DNA of 64,000 nucleotides from Gemmatimonadota bacterium (GCA_031375485.1 JANMHX010000328.1:8-64007), one strand, 5' to 3'; shown: positions 52,736 to 62,923, counted from the first letter of the stretch. The notes: generated by a model from the sequence alone, not told the origin. Translations and numbers: made by a program.

Positions 52736-55324
52736 ATGGCGGACCAAGAGCCATCTCCAGCGGAGCAACTGGCCGCGTACCGGGCCAAACGGTCCGCTGA
52801 TCGGACCCCAGAGCCATTCGGGGGCGAGGCCGTGCCGTCCCAAACCGGCGGCCTCTTCGTCGTCCACAAACACGCCGCCCGCCATCTCCACTTCGACTTT
52901 CGGTTCGAGATGGACGGGGTTCTCAAGTCATGGGCCGTGCCGCGAGGACCTTCGTACGACAATACCGAGAAGAAACTGGCCGTCCGGGTCGAAGACCATC
53001 CGCTCGAATACGGTGATTTTGAGGGCCTGATTCCCGAGGGCAATTACGGTGCGGGCGCGGTGGTGGTGTGGGACCGGGGTGAGTGGATTCCACTGGAGGA
53101 TCCGAAGGCTGGACTGGAAAAGGGCAAACTTTTGTTTGAGCTCAAGGGCTACAAGCTCCGGGGCCGTTGGACGCTGGTGAAGATCAAAAAGAGCGAAAAA
53201 GACTGGCTCTTGATCAAAGAGCGGGATGCCTGGGTCAAGCAGCCCGGGGACGACTTTGCCCAGGAATCGGTCCTGTCGGGCCTCACGGTCGAAGATCTCA
53301 AGGCCGGCCGGACGCCGGCCGATCTGCTCCGCGACGAGCTGGTCCGCCTCGAGGCCCCGCGCCGGGTGGTGGAGGCCGGTTCGACCGACGTGATGTTGGC
53401 CGAGACGTCGGAGGAGGGATTTTCCAAAGACGGGTGGATCTTCGAGCTCAAGCTCGACGGCTACCGGCTCATGGTGAACCACCGCTCAGGCGAGGCCCGA
53501 CTCTTCACCCGAAGCGGCGCCGACTACACCGCGGTGTTCCCGGAGATTGCCCGCGCCATCAAGGCGCTGCCGCTCGAGAACGTGATCCTCGACGGCGAAG
53601 TGGTGGTGCTCGATCCGACGGGCGTGCCGAACTTCGCGCTGCTGCAGCGGCGGGGGCGGTTGGGCAAGGGCATCGAGATCCGGCGGGCGGCCATCGAGCT
53701 CCCCGCGACGTTCTTTGCCTTCGACCTATTGGCGTTCGAGGATTTTGATCTCCGGCCGCTGCCACTCCTGGAACGGAAGCGGCTGCTGAAGAGGATCCTC
53801 CCGCCGCTCGGCCCGATCCGGTACCTCGATCATATCGAGCGCGACGGGGCACCGTTCCTCGCGCAGGTGACCCAGATGGGGCTCGAGGGCATCATCGCGA
53901 AGAAAGCCGACGCGCCATACCGGGCCGGCCGGACCCAATCGTGGCTCAAGATCAAAGCCGACAAGACCGCCGACTTCGTCATCGTCGGGTTCACCGCTCC
54001 GCGGGGGGGCCGGGGCGGCTTCGGCGCCCTCCACCTGGCCGATTACGTCGGCGGGCGGCTCGTCTATGCGGGCCGGGTTGGCACCGGCTTCACCGACCAG
54101 CAGCTGGCCGAGTACCACGATCTGCTGGTGCCGCTCGTCCGGCCGCTGGCGCCGTGCGACGGCCCGCTCGCCGATCCCAAGGCCGAACCGATGCCGATCG
54201 ATCAGGTCCCGGAGATGAAGACGACGAGCTGGGTTGAGCCCCGTTTTGTCTGCGAGGTCCGCTCGCGGGAGTGGACGCCCGACGGGGTTCTTCGCCATCC
54301 CGCGTTCATCCGGCTCCGGGACGACAAACGGCCCGACCAGTGCGAACGGCAAGGGTGGACCGAGCCATCGGTTCCGAACCGGCCGGACCCTCCGGCCGAC
54401 CGGCCGCCGGCCCAACGCAAGACCACGTTCTCGAACCTGAACAAGGTGTTCTGGCCGGACGAGAAGTACACCAAGGGCGACTTGATCGACTACTACCGGA
54501 CCATCGCACCCTGGCTGCTCCCGTATCTCCGGAACCGGCCCGTGGTCCTGACCCGTTTTCCCGACGGCATCAACGGCAAATCGTTCTATCAGAAGGATGC
54601 CCCGGAGTTCGCGCCCGATTGGATCCGGACCGTCCCGATCTGGAGTGAGGACACCCAGCGAGACATCCGGTACTTCGTGTGCGACGACGAGGAAACCCTG
54701 GTGTACTTGGCCAATTCCGGCACCATTCCGCTCCACATCTGGCAGAGCCGGATCGGTTCGCTGGAACTGCCCGACTGGTGCGTCATCGATCTCGATCCGA
54801 AGGAAGCACCGTTTCGCGATGTCCTGACGGTGGCCCGGACCCTCCATCGGATTTGTGAGGAGTTGTCGCTCCCGAACTACGTCAAGACGACCGGGAAGAC
54901 CGGTCTCCATGTCCTGATTCCGCTGGGCCGCCAGTGCACCTACGAACAGTGCCGAACGTTAGGCGAGCTGTTGTCCCGGCTGGTCATCGCTGAGCACCGG
55001 GATATCGCCACCATTACCCGGAGTATCACCAAGCGGGGCGACAAGGTCTATCTGGACTATCTCCAGAACCGGCACGGCCAGTTGATCGTCTCGCCGTATA
55101 GCGTCCGGCCGCTGCCGGGGGCGACGGTGTCGATGCCGCTGGTGTGGGAGGACGTCACCGACGACCTCGAGCACCGCCGCTTTACCTTCACCATCAAGAC
55201 CGCGGTGGCCCGGATGGAAGGGCTCGGGGCCGATCCCTTGGCCCCGGTGCTCGAAGAGAAGCCGGATCTCGTCGCGGTCTTGGCGCGGCTGGCCGCCAGA
55301 TGGGCCGCCTCGAAAGACGGCTGA
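52736..55324 (+). CDS. ligD: Multidomain NHEJ DNA ligase D (phosphoesterase-ligase-polymerase order)
   Basis: PE domain (FVVHKHAARHLHFDFRFE…WAVPRGPS), ligase domain with the adenylation Lys (FELKLDGYR), and primase-polymerase domain (…FWPDEKYTKGDLIDYY…VYLDYLQN). Confidence 0.93.
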   Translation: MADQEPSPAEQLAAYRAKRSADRTPEPFGGEAVPSQTGGLFVVHKHAARHLHFDFRFEMDGVLKSWAVPRGPSYDNTEKKLAVRVEDHPLEYGDFEGLIPEGNYGAGAVVVWDRGEWIPLEDPKAGLEKGKLLFELKGYKLRGRWTLVKIKKSEKDWLLIKERDAWVKQPGDDFAQESVLSGLTVEDLKAGRTPADLLRDELVRLEAPRRVVEAGSTDVMLAETSEEGFSKDGWIFELKLDGYRLMVNHRSGEARLFTRSGADYTAVFPEIARAIKALPLENVILDGEVVVLDPTGVPNFALLQRRGRLGKGIEIRRAAIELPATFFAFDLLAFEDFDLRPLPLLERKRLLKRILPPLGPIRYLDHIERDGAPFLAQVTQMGLEGIIAKKADAPYRAGRTQSWLKIKADKTADFVIVGFTAPRGGRGGFGALHLADYVGGRLVYAGRVGTGFTDQQLAEYHDLLVPLVRPLAPCDGPLADPKAEPMPIDQVPEMKTTSWVEPRFVCEVRSREWTPDGVLRHPAFIRLRDDKRPDQCERQGWTEPSVPNRPDPPADRPPAQRKTTFSNLNKVFWPDEKYTKGDLIDYYRTIAPWLLPYLRNRPVVLTRFPDGINGKSFYQKDAPEFAPDWIRTVPIWSEDTQRDIRYFVCDDEETLVYLANSGTIPLHIWQSRIGSLELPDWCVIDLDPKEAPFRDVLTVARTLHRICEELSLPNYVKTTGKTGLHVLIPLGRQCTYEQCRTLGELLSRLVIAEHRDIATITRSITKRGDKVYLDYLQNRHGQLIVSPYSVRPLPGATVSMPLVWEDVTDDLEHRRFTFTIKTAVARMEGLGADPLAPVLEEKPDLVAVLARLAARWAASKDG

Positions 55325-55330
55325 CCGACA

Positions 55331-56749
55331 TCAGGGCTTGGCGGTCGGCTTCCGCGGCTTCAGAAAATCGGACAAGAAGTCGCCGGCCCGGGAGAGTTTG
55401 GCCGCGGCGCGGCCCAGGAGATAGCCCACCGCGGTGGGCCAGTCGAGTTGCTGCATGGCCTTGGTGTCCGCCAGCGAGGCAAAGAGATCCCGCCGCATCC
55501 GCCACAGCGACGGGCCCGCCGACATGATCGGGTTATACTCGGGATCGTATCGCACCCCGACGCCTTCGATCAGCGCCGAGGTCCGGGCAAAGTACACCAG
55601 ATCACTGGGCAACCGGATCGGCCAATTGTAGAGCTCCTTCATGATCTCGCGAGTCAGCATGTCGACCCGTTCCCGCGTGGTGGTACGCTGGGCCGCCAGA
55701 TCGAGCAGCATGTTGACGAGGCGTTCGATGACCGCACGATCGGCTCCGGCATCGACCAGGCCGAGCGCGTAGAACCCGTCGACCACGCCCGCGGTCTGGT
55801 TCTGAATGGCCGCGAACACGGTATCGACCAGGATCTTCCGGCGTTCCCGCGGGACTTGAATCACCACCCCGAAATCGAGGAGCACGATCCGGCCCGCGGC
55901 ATCGACCAGGACATTGCCGGGATGGGGATCGGCGTGGAAGAACCCGTCGATCAGCATCATCTGGATGTAGAGTTCCTGGAGCCGCTCGACGAGGTCGGGA
56001 ATCCGGAGCCCGCCATACCGGGCGGCCGGGTCCAGGCCATCGATCCGGATCCCCGCGATGTACTCCATGACCAGCACATCCCGTCCCGACAACTCATCGA
56101 CTACCTCGGGAATCCGGATCCGCGGGTTCTTGGCGAAGTTGGCCCGGACCGCCCGGATATTGGCTGCCTCGATCACGAAGTCCATCTCATCGTCGATTCG
56201 CCGCTCGAATTCCTCGACGATCGCGGTCAGGGCGCGGGTATGGATGTTGGGCATCCACCGGGCGACCCGTTCCGAGAGCATCCGCGCCACCTTGATGTCG
56301 GTGGCCACCAGCGGCCGGACGCCCGGGCGGAGCACCTTCACCGCCACCTCTCGTCCCCGGTACGAGGCCCGGTGTACTTGGCCTAACGACCCGGCCGCGA
56401 GCGGGGCCGCATCGAACCGTTCAAAGATCTCGGCCAAGGGGCGCCCCCGCTCGGCCACGATGATCCGCTCGATGTCAGCGTAGGGTACCGGCGGCACTTG
56501 GTCGGTGAGGGTGCCAAGCGATCCGGCATACTCGTCCGGTAAGAGGTCGGTCCGCCCCGCGAAGATCTGCCCCAGCTTGACGAAACTCGGCCCAAGCGTG
56601 GTGATCGATCGGAGCAGCCGCCGGGCCCGCGCCTCGTGGAACTCCCGGCTCCGCGGAATCGGCCCCCCGAAGAACAGCCACCGCCGCCGGTCCCGGATCA
56701 CCGAGACCAGCAACGGCCCCGCATGCCGCAAAATGATGAAGAGGCGCAT
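55331..56749 (-). CDS. ubiB: ABC1/UbiB (AarF) family atypical kinase
   Basis: FVKLGQIFAGRTDLLPDEY, AAGSLGQVHRA, VAVKVLRPG, HADPHPGN and LDFG motifs. Confidence 0.85.
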   Translation of the reverse strand: MRLFIILRHAGPLLVSVIRDRRRWLFFGGPIPRSREFHEARARRLLRSITTLGPSFVKLGQIFAGRTDLLPDEYAGSLGTLTDQVPPVPYADIERIIVAERGRPLAEIFERFDAAPLAAGSLGQVHRASYRGREVAVKVLRPGVRPLVATDIKVARMLSERVARWMPNIHTRALTAIVEEFERRIDDEMDFVIEAANIRAVRANFAKNPRIRIPEVVDELSGRDVLVMEYIAGIRIDGLDPAARYGGLRIPDLVERLQELYIQMMLIDGFFHADPHPGNVLVDAAGRIVLLDFGVVIQVPRERRKILVDTVFAAIQNQTAGVVDGFYALGLVDAGADRAVIERLVNMLLDLAAQRTTTRERVDMLTREIMKELYNWPIRLPSDLVYFARTSALIEGVGVRYDPEYNPIMSAGPSLWRMRRDLFASLADTKAMQQLDWPTAVGYLLGRAAAKLSRAGDFLSDFLKPRKPTAKP

Positions 56750-56820
56750 GGCTCGGCGCTCGGCGCTCGGCGCTCGGCGCTCGGCCGAGTGCCGAGTGCC
56801 GAGTTGCCGAGTGCCGAGCC
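56750..56820. repeat. Palindromic heptanucleotide array filling the whole intergenic gap
   Basis: (GCTCGGC)x5 is followed by (GAGTGCC)x4 with one extra T. The arms are imperfect reverse complements, giving G:U pairs in + sense RNA and A:C mismatches in - sense RNA. The array spans from the upstream stop codon to the ubiB ATG. Confidence 0.85.
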
Positions 56821-59800
56821 TACGACACCTTCGGAGGGGCGGTCTTCGCCACGATGCCGCCGAGGCCCTTGCCCTGCAGCATCGTGTTGAAGGCGTCGAG
56901 GTCGCGGTTGATCAGGCGGTCGAGTTCGTTCCGGGCGCTCCGGGCGCGATCCTTCAAGACGCCGCCTACTTCCCGCTGGGGTGTGGTGGGGCCGTTGTCG
57001 GTGCTGACCACGTCGCCGAGGAGGTAGACCATCTTCTCGCCGACCTTGGCGGCATAGCGGATCAAGTCCTGGCCTCGGCCGGTGATCCGGAGTTGGGTGA
57101 GCTGCTCTTCGACGGCGATGAACTTCTGCTCCAGCGAGTCGGCGGCCGCCCCGACGGCCTTCTCATCCTTGGTCACGGCCTTGAGGGTCGCGAGTTGGGT
57201 TCGGATGACTTCGATCGTGTTGACCATGTCGACGACCCCGTCGAGCTCACTCCGCATCTGAGTGGCCAACGTGGCTTGGGCCCGGAGGTCGGCGTCGGTG
57301 CCGGCCGTGTTGGGATCTTTGCGCACATCGAGCGGCTGGGTTTCGGTCCGGCCGCCGACGGTGAGCCGGATCGTATATCGCCCCGGCGGCACCAGCATCG
57401 AATGTTGCCGGAGGCTCGGACTCCGGCGGCCGGCGAGTTCGGCCAGGACGTACGGGGCGTAAAGCGGTTCGGTTCGCAACAGTACCGGTTTGGTCGGCTC
57501 GGTTTGGAGATCCCAGGTCACCCGGTTGATTCCGGCGGCCTTCGGCGGGTTGGCGAGTTTCCGGACTTCCTTCCCATCACCGTCGAGGACAGTGACCGAG
57601 ACGGAGTCGGTGGCCCCCTTGAGCCAGTAGTTGATCGAGGCACCGTACGGGGGATTGTGCCCGTTCACCGGATCGTAACTGACCGTCATCGGCGCCTCGA
57701 CGCCACGGAACCGATAGGCGGGACGGGGTTGGAACAGGTGAACGTCTTTGGCCGTGACGTCGGCGGTCAATTGCTGGAGCGGGGTGATATCGTCCATGAT
57801 CCAGAAACCCCGGCCGTAGGTCGCGAGCACCAGATCGTTGAAGTGCTCCTGGACCGTGATGTCATGGACCGGTGCATAGGGCAGGTTGCTCTGGAGCGGC
57901 TGCCACAATTCGCCGTCGGTGAACGAAATCCAGATCGAGTTCTCGAGGCCCAAATAGAGGAGGCCGCGGCGGACCGGGTCTTCCTTAATCCAATGGGCGT
58001 AGGAGAGCGGCGTCTTCCCAATGCCACCGACGATCAGCTTCCAGGTTTTCCCGAAGTCAGTGGTCTTGTAGACCCAGGGATCGCGGTTGTCGACCTGATG
58101 GCCGTCGACGGTGATGTAGGCGGTGCCGGCGTCGTACCGCGAGGCAGCGATGTTGCTGATCGTGCCCCAGTCGAGGAGCCCGGGGATGTTTCGGGTGACG
58201 TTCGTCCAGGTTCGACCGCCGTCCTGGGTCAGTTGAAGCAGCCCGTCATTGCTGCCGGCCCAGATCAACCCCGCTTGGAGCTTCGATTCGGCAATGGCGA
58301 ACACCACGCCGGCGTACTCGACGCCGATGTTGTCCGGGGTGAGGCCGCCGGACATGCCCTGCCGGCTCTTGTCGTTGCGGGTCAGGTCGGGACTGATCAC
58401 CTGCCAGGTTTTCCCGCCATCGGTCGTGGCGTGGACGTGCTGGCTCCCGACGTACACCTTGTTCCGGTCGTGGGGCGAGATCACCAGGGGGAAGGTCCAC
58501 TGGAAGCGGTACTTCACGTCGGCCGCTGAATGTCCGGCCGTCATCTCAGGCCAAATCTCAACGTTTTCGGCGATGCCGGTGCGGTGATCGTAACGCGACA
58601 CGATGCCGCCCACGCTTCCGAATCCGGACGCGCTCGACCAGATGATGTTGGGGTCTTCGGGATCCGGCGTGGCCCAGCCGCTCTCGCCACCGCCGACCGA
58701 GTGCCAGAGTCCGCGGGGGATGCCGGCGTCCCCGCCGAAGCCGGCCATCCGGCTGTTACTCGGTCCCCGGGCCGAGGGACCATCTTGGCGGTTGCCGTAG
58801 ACGTAGTAGGGGATCCGGTTATCGACCGTGACGTGGTACATCTGGGCCACCGGGAGCTGGACTTGATTCCAGGTCTTGCCGCGGTTGGTCGTGATCGAGA
58901 TGCCGCCGTCGTGTCCGACCGCCATCCGGTTGGCGTTGGTGCCGTCGATCCAAATGTCGTGGTGGTCGCCACCCGGCACTTCGGCGTTGGGCGGATCGAT
59001 CGAGGTCTTGCCGCCGTCGAGCGTTTTGGTCCAGCTCGCGGCCAGGAAATAGGCTTCGTTCTCGTTGTCGGGCATGACGGCCATGCGGGTGTAGTACTGG
59101 GTCCGCCCGGCGAGGTTTCGGTCGTTGCTCACCAGTTGCCAGGTGGCGCCCGCGTCGTCCGAGCGCCAGAGCTCACCGGCCTCGGCCTCGACCCCCGGGA
59201 GCGGAACGCCGTCGCTGGTTTCGATCAGGGCGTAGACCCGGTTCGAGTTGGACTGGGCCACCGCGAGGTCGGCCTTGCCGAACGGCTTGGTGGGCAGGCC
59301 GTTCCCGGTGAGGCGTTTCCACGTCGTGCCCCCGTCGGTGCTCTTCCAGATCCCGCTCCCCGTGCCGCCGCTGGTCCGGCCCCAGGTGTGGACGACGAAC
59401 TGCCAGGTCGAGGCGTAGAGAATCCGGGGGTTGTTAGGGTCCATGACGAGCGCATAGGCGCCGGTGTTGTTGTCGACGAACAGGACCCGCTCCCAGGACT
59501 TCCCGCCATCCATCGTTCGGTAGACGCCGCGTTCCGGCTGGGGCCCGTAGCCGCGGCCCACGGCCGTTACGTACACGACATCGGGGTTGGTCGGGTGGAT
59601 CTGGATCCGGCCGATCCGGCCGGTGTTCTCGAGGCCGGCTCGAGCCCAGGTCTTTCCCGCGTCGGTCGACTTGAACATGCCCCACCCGACGGAAATGGTG
59701 CTTCGGATGTAGGGCTCGCCGGTGCCGGCCCAGACGACGTTCGGGTCGGAGGGCGCGACCGCCAAGGCGCCGACTGATGAGACCGGCTGGCCGTCGAAGA

Positions 59801-60071
59801 TCGGCTCCCAGTGAATGCCGCCATCGGTGGTCTTGAAGATTCCTCCCGAGGCCGCCCCCGCGTAGTAGACGTTCGGATCCCGCGCCACACCGGCAACGCT
59901 CGAGACCCGATTGCCCTCGGGCCCGATATACCGGTACTTGAGTTGTCCCAGCAGCTCGGAGCTGACCAGCGGCTGCAGCGGGGCGGGCGCGGGGTCGCGT
60001 TGGCGTTGGGCGGCGGCCGGAGCCAGAAGGAGGGCCGCGGCGGTCAGGGCGAGCGGGAGCGTGCGTCGCAT
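56820..60071 (-). CDS. Secreted VPS10/sortilin-like BNR (Asp-box) repeat beta-propeller protein
   Basis: ATG 60071 gives a signal peptide (MRRTLPLALTAAALLLAPAAAQ). Many Asp-box motifs are present (STDGGIHW, STDAGKTW, TMDGGKSW, STDGGTTW, SDDAGATW, TTDGGKTW, TQDGGRTW, TTDFGKTW). Confidence 0.82.
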   Translation of the reverse strand: MRRTLPLALTAAALLLAPAAAQRQRDPAPAPLQPLVSSELLGQLKYRYIGPEGNRVSSVAGVARDPNVYYAGAASGGIFKTTDGGIHWEPIFDGQPVSSVGALAVAPSDPNVVWAGTGEPYIRSTISVGWGMFKSTDAGKTWARAGLENTGRIGRIQIHPTNPDVVYVTAVGRGYGPQPERGVYRTMDGGKSWERVLFVDNNTGAYALVMDPNNPRILYASTWQFVVHTWGRTSGGTGSGIWKSTDGGTTWKRLTGNGLPTKPFGKADLAVAQSNSNRVYALIETSDGVPLPGVEAEAGELWRSDDAGATWQLVSNDRNLAGRTQYYTRMAVMPDNENEAYFLAASWTKTLDGGKTSIDPPNAEVPGGDHHDIWIDGTNANRMAVGHDGGISITTNRGKTWNQVQLPVAQMYHVTVDNRIPYYVYGNRQDGPSARGPSNSRMAGFGGDAGIPRGLWHSVGGGESGWATPDPEDPNIIWSSASGFGSVGGIVSRYDHRTGIAENVEIWPEMTAGHSAADVKYRFQWTFPLVISPHDRNKVYVGSQHVHATTDGGKTWQVISPDLTRNDKSRQGMSGGLTPDNIGVEYAGVVFAIAESKLQAGLIWAGSNDGLLQLTQDGGRTWTNVTRNIPGLLDWGTISNIAASRYDAGTAYITVDGHQVDNRDPWVYKTTDFGKTWKLIVGGIGKTPLSYAHWIKEDPVRRGLLYLGLENSIWISFTDGELWQPLQSNLPYAPVHDITVQEHFNDLVLATYGRGFWIMDDITPLQQLTADVTAKDVHLFQPRPAYRFRGVEAPMTVSYDPVNGHNPPYGASINYWLKGATDSVSVTVLDGDGKEVRKLANPPKAAGINRVTWDLQTEPTKPVLLRTEPLYAPYVLAELAGRRSPSLRQHSMLVPPGRYTIRLTVGGRTETQPLDVRKDPNTAGTDADLRAQATLATQMRSELDGVVDMVNTIEVIRTQLATLKAVTKDEKAVGAAADSLEQKFIAVEEQLTQLRITGRGQDLIRYAAKVGEKMVYLLGDVVSTDNGPTTPQREVGGVLKDRARSARNELDRLINRDLDAFNTMLQGKGLGGIVAKTAPPKVS

Positions 60072-60115
60072 GAAGAGATCCTGTGGGATGGCGATGTCAG
60101 GACGGAATATAACGA

Positions 60116-60144
60116 TTGACGCGGGGCCCCGGGTCGCGTACCCT
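60116..60144 (+). promoter_or_regulatory. Sigma70-type promoter giving a leaderless xthA mRNA
   Basis: TTGACG-N17-TACCCT-N6-GTG(60151). Confidence 0.45.
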
Positions 60145-60150
60145 CCCAGG

Positions 60151-60933
60151 GTGAAACTCGCCACGTGGAACGTCAATTCGATTCGGGCCCGGCTGCCCCG
60201 GCTGCTCGACTGGCTCGCCCGCGCCAATCCCGATGTCGTCTGTTTGCAGGAACTCAAGGTTCCTGACGCCGACTTTCCGGTTGCTGAACTCGAAGCCGCC
60301 GGATACCGCGCGGCCATTTTCGGTCAGCGAACCTACAACGGGGTTGCGATCCTGGCCCGGGAATCCATTGCCGATGTCGCCCTGGGGATGGCCGACGAGA
60401 GCCCGGACGACCAGGCTCGGCTGATCGCGGCCACGGTCGGGGGGATTCGAATCATCTCCGCGTATTTCCCGAACGGGCAAGAGGTCGGGAGTGACAAATG
60501 GGCCTACAAACTCGAGTGGATGGCCCGGCTCGAACGACACCTCAACCGGACCTACCGACCCGAGCAGCCTCTCGTGCTGGCCGGCGACTTCAACGTGGCG
60601 CCGGATGATCGCGACGTGGCGCGTCCCGAGGAATGGCGGGAGAGCGTGCTCTGCCATCCGGATGCCCGGACGGCGTTAGGCCGGATCGGGGCGTGGGGTC
60701 TGGTTGACGGGGTTCGGCTGACCGAACCCGGTCCGGGACCGTACTCGTGGTGGGATTACCGGATGCTGGCGTTTCCCAAAGGCAATGGGCTCCGGATCGA
60801 CCATGTCTTCGTGACGGCGCCGCTCGCGGGGCGGTGCGTCAAGGCGTGGGTCGAGCGCAATGAACGGAAAGGCAAGCTGCCGTCCGATCATGCCCCGGTC
60901 ATGGTGGATCTCGTGGAGGGCTCTCATGCGTAA
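60151..60933 (+). CDS. xthA: Exodeoxyribonuclease III (AP endonuclease)
   Basis: VKLATWNVNSIRARL…VCLQELK…YNGVAIL…SDHAPV. GTG 60151; the upstream part of the track ORF overlaps the divergent gene. Confidence 0.88.
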   Translation: MKLATWNVNSIRARLPRLLDWLARANPDVVCLQELKVPDADFPVAELEAAGYRAAIFGQRTYNGVAILARESIADVALGMADESPDDQARLIAATVGGIRIISAYFPNGQEVGSDKWAYKLEWMARLERHLNRTYRPEQPLVLAGDFNVAPDDRDVARPEEWRESVLCHPDARTALGRIGAWGLVDGVRLTEPGPGPYSWWDYRMLAFPKGNGLRIDHVFVTAPLAGRCVKAWVERNERKGKLPSDHAPVMVDLVEGSHA

Positions 60934-62923
60934 CGCTGCCCTGTTGGTGCTGGCCGTGACCGGCCCGACCCTGGCTGCCCAAACCCGGCGGCCCTGGCGG
61001 GAAGCCGACCTCGAACGCTTGGTCTCGGTCTCGGACCCGGCCCTTCGACCGGACGGCGCTCAACTCGCGTATGTCCGGGGCCGAGTGGATCTGGCCGCGA
61101 ACCAGAACCGGAACCAGATCGTGTTGGTGGCGGTGGAAACCGGGCGGGTGATCACTGAATGGGAGGGAAGCTCCCCCCGGTGGTCGCCGACTGGACGGGA
61201 AATCGCCTATGCCGGGAGCCGCGACGGCCGGAGCGGCATTTGGGTCCGGCAGGTCGAGTCGGGCGTTGACCGGTTTCTGGTGGAGACCCCGCAGTCCAAT
61301 GCTTGGCTCGGTCGCGGAGCGGCCAAGAACTTCGAGTGGTCGCCGGATGGCCAGTGGATTGCGTTCGTGGCCGCCGAGCCGGCCGGACCACCCCCGGCCA
61401 GCGATGTCAGAGTGTTTTCGCGGATCATGCTGAAGACCAGGACCGGGTTCACCGACAACCGCCGGACCCATCTTTGGGTGGTGGCGAGCCAGGGGGGAAC
61501 CGCTCGTCTCCTGACGCCGGGGTCCTTCGACGAACACTCGATCACCTGGGCGCCGGATTCGAAACGGATCGGGTTCATCAGCGACCGCTCGGCCGATCCG
61601 GACAACACGTTCTCCAACGACATCTTCGTCGTCGATGTCGGCACCGGAGTATTGAGCCGGATTACCGATACGCCGAGCGCCGAGTTCAGTCCGGTATGGT
61701 CGCCCGATGGGCGATGGATCGCGTTCGAAGGCTGGGTTCGCACCAACAACACCAAGGACAGTCCGGCCGAGGACAGCAAGGCGTACCTGGTAGCGGCGTC
61801 GGGCGGACCGGTCCGGCGTTTGGTGCCGGCGTTCGATCGCCGGATGGGCGAAATCAGCTGGTTGCCAGGGAGTGACGGGATTCTCTTCACCGCCGGCGAC
61901 CGAGGGGCCAGTCACATCTTCAAAGCCGGTCTCGCGGATTCGCTGCCGACGATCCTGGTTGGCGGGCTGGCCCAGTCGCGGGCTCCGTCCCTGGACGCCA
62001 AGCAGTCGAAACTGGCCTTCGTGAGGTCGGAGACCGCCAAGCCGCCGGAGGTTTTTCTGGAGGATCTCGGGTCCGGTCGCGAGCGGAGCCTCACGGTCCT
62101 GAACGAACCCCTCCGGCGGGATGTCGCGCTGCAAGACGCCGAGATGTTTTGGTTCCAGAGCTTCGACGGGACCGCGGTGCAGGGGTGGTTGATGAAGCCG
62201 GTCGGATTCGTTCCGGGGGCGAAGTACCCGGTGATTCTCAACATTCACGGCGGGCCCCATGGCGCGTTCGGCTATTCATTTTCCGACCGGATCCAGCAAC
62301 AGGCTTCGGCCGGCTACGGTGTCGTCTATATCAATCCCCGCGGATCGAGCGGTTACGGCCAGGCGTTTTCAGACGGCTCGTTGCTCAACTGGGGCGGGGG
62401 AGACTACCAGGATCTGATGAAGGGGCTCGATGACGCCATTGCCCGAAACGCCTGGATCGATACGACCCGGTTAGGCGTGACTGGTGGCAGCTACGGCGGA
62501 TTCATGACCAACTGGGTCATCACCCAGACCCACCGGTTCAAGGCGGCGGTCTCGAGTGCGAGCCTGAGCAACCTGATTTCGTTCTACGGAACTTCGCTCT
62601 ACACCGACTTGGTCGAGGCCGAGTTCCGGGGTCTGCCCTGGAAGAACTATGGGATGCTCTGGCAGTGGTCTCCCTTGGCGCACGTCGAGGGGGTCACGAC
62701 GCCGACGCTCTTTCTCCATGGCGAGAACGACCATGACGTGCCGATAACCCAGGCGGAAGAGATGTACGTGGCCCTTCGGAAACAGGGTGTTGAGGCGACC
62801 CTGGCCCGATACCCGAACGAGGGCCACGGGTTCCGGCAGCCGCAGCATGTGGCGGACTCGAACCAGCGATTACTCGCCTGGTTCGGGAAGTACCTCAAGC
62901 CGAGTCAGCCCGCCACGCCCTAG
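60926..62923 (+). CDS. Secreted S9 family serine peptidase (TolB-like propeller + prolyl oligopeptidase/acylaminoacyl-peptidase catalytic domain)
   Basis: ATG 60926 gives a signal peptide (MRNAALLVLAVTGPTLAAQ). Repeated WSPDG blades. Catalytic GGSYGGFMT, DHDVP and GHGF motifs. Confidence 0.85.
   Translation: MRNAALLVLAVTGPTLAAQTRRPWREADLERLVSVSDPALRPDGAQLAYVRGRVDLAANQNRNQIVLVAVETGRVITEWEGSSPRWSPTGREIAYAGSRDGRSGIWVRQVESGVDRFLVETPQSNAWLGRGAAKNFEWSPDGQWIAFVAAEPAGPPPASDVRVFSRIMLKTRTGFTDNRRTHLWVVASQGGTARLLTPGSFDEHSITWAPDSKRIGFISDRSADPDNTFSNDIFVVDVGTGVLSRITDTPSAEFSPVWSPDGRWIAFEGWVRTNNTKDSPAEDSKAYLVAASGGPVRRLVPAFDRRMGEISWLPGSDGILFTAGDRGASHIFKAGLADSLPTILVGGLAQSRAPSLDAKQSKLAFVRSETAKPPEVFLEDLGSGRERSLTVLNEPLRRDVALQDAEMFWFQSFDGTAVQGWLMKPVGFVPGAKYPVILNIHGGPHGAFGYSFSDRIQQQASAGYGVVYINPRGSSGYGQAFSDGSLLNWGGGDYQDLMKGLDDAIARNAWIDTTRLGVTGGSYGGFMTNWVITQTHRFKAAVSSASLSNLISFYGTSLYTDLVEAEFRGLPWKNYGMLWQWSPLAHVEGVTTPTLFLHGENDHDVPITQAEEMYVALRKQGVEATLARYPNEGHGFRQPQHVADSNQRLLAWFGKYLKPSQPATP

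Noticed and set aside
56750-56820. Possible CRISPR array or tandem-repeat RNA gene.
   Set aside because: The units are only 7 nt with no spacers, no cas genes are nearby, and the structure is a simple palindrome. It is kept as a repeat finding, not a CRISPR array.
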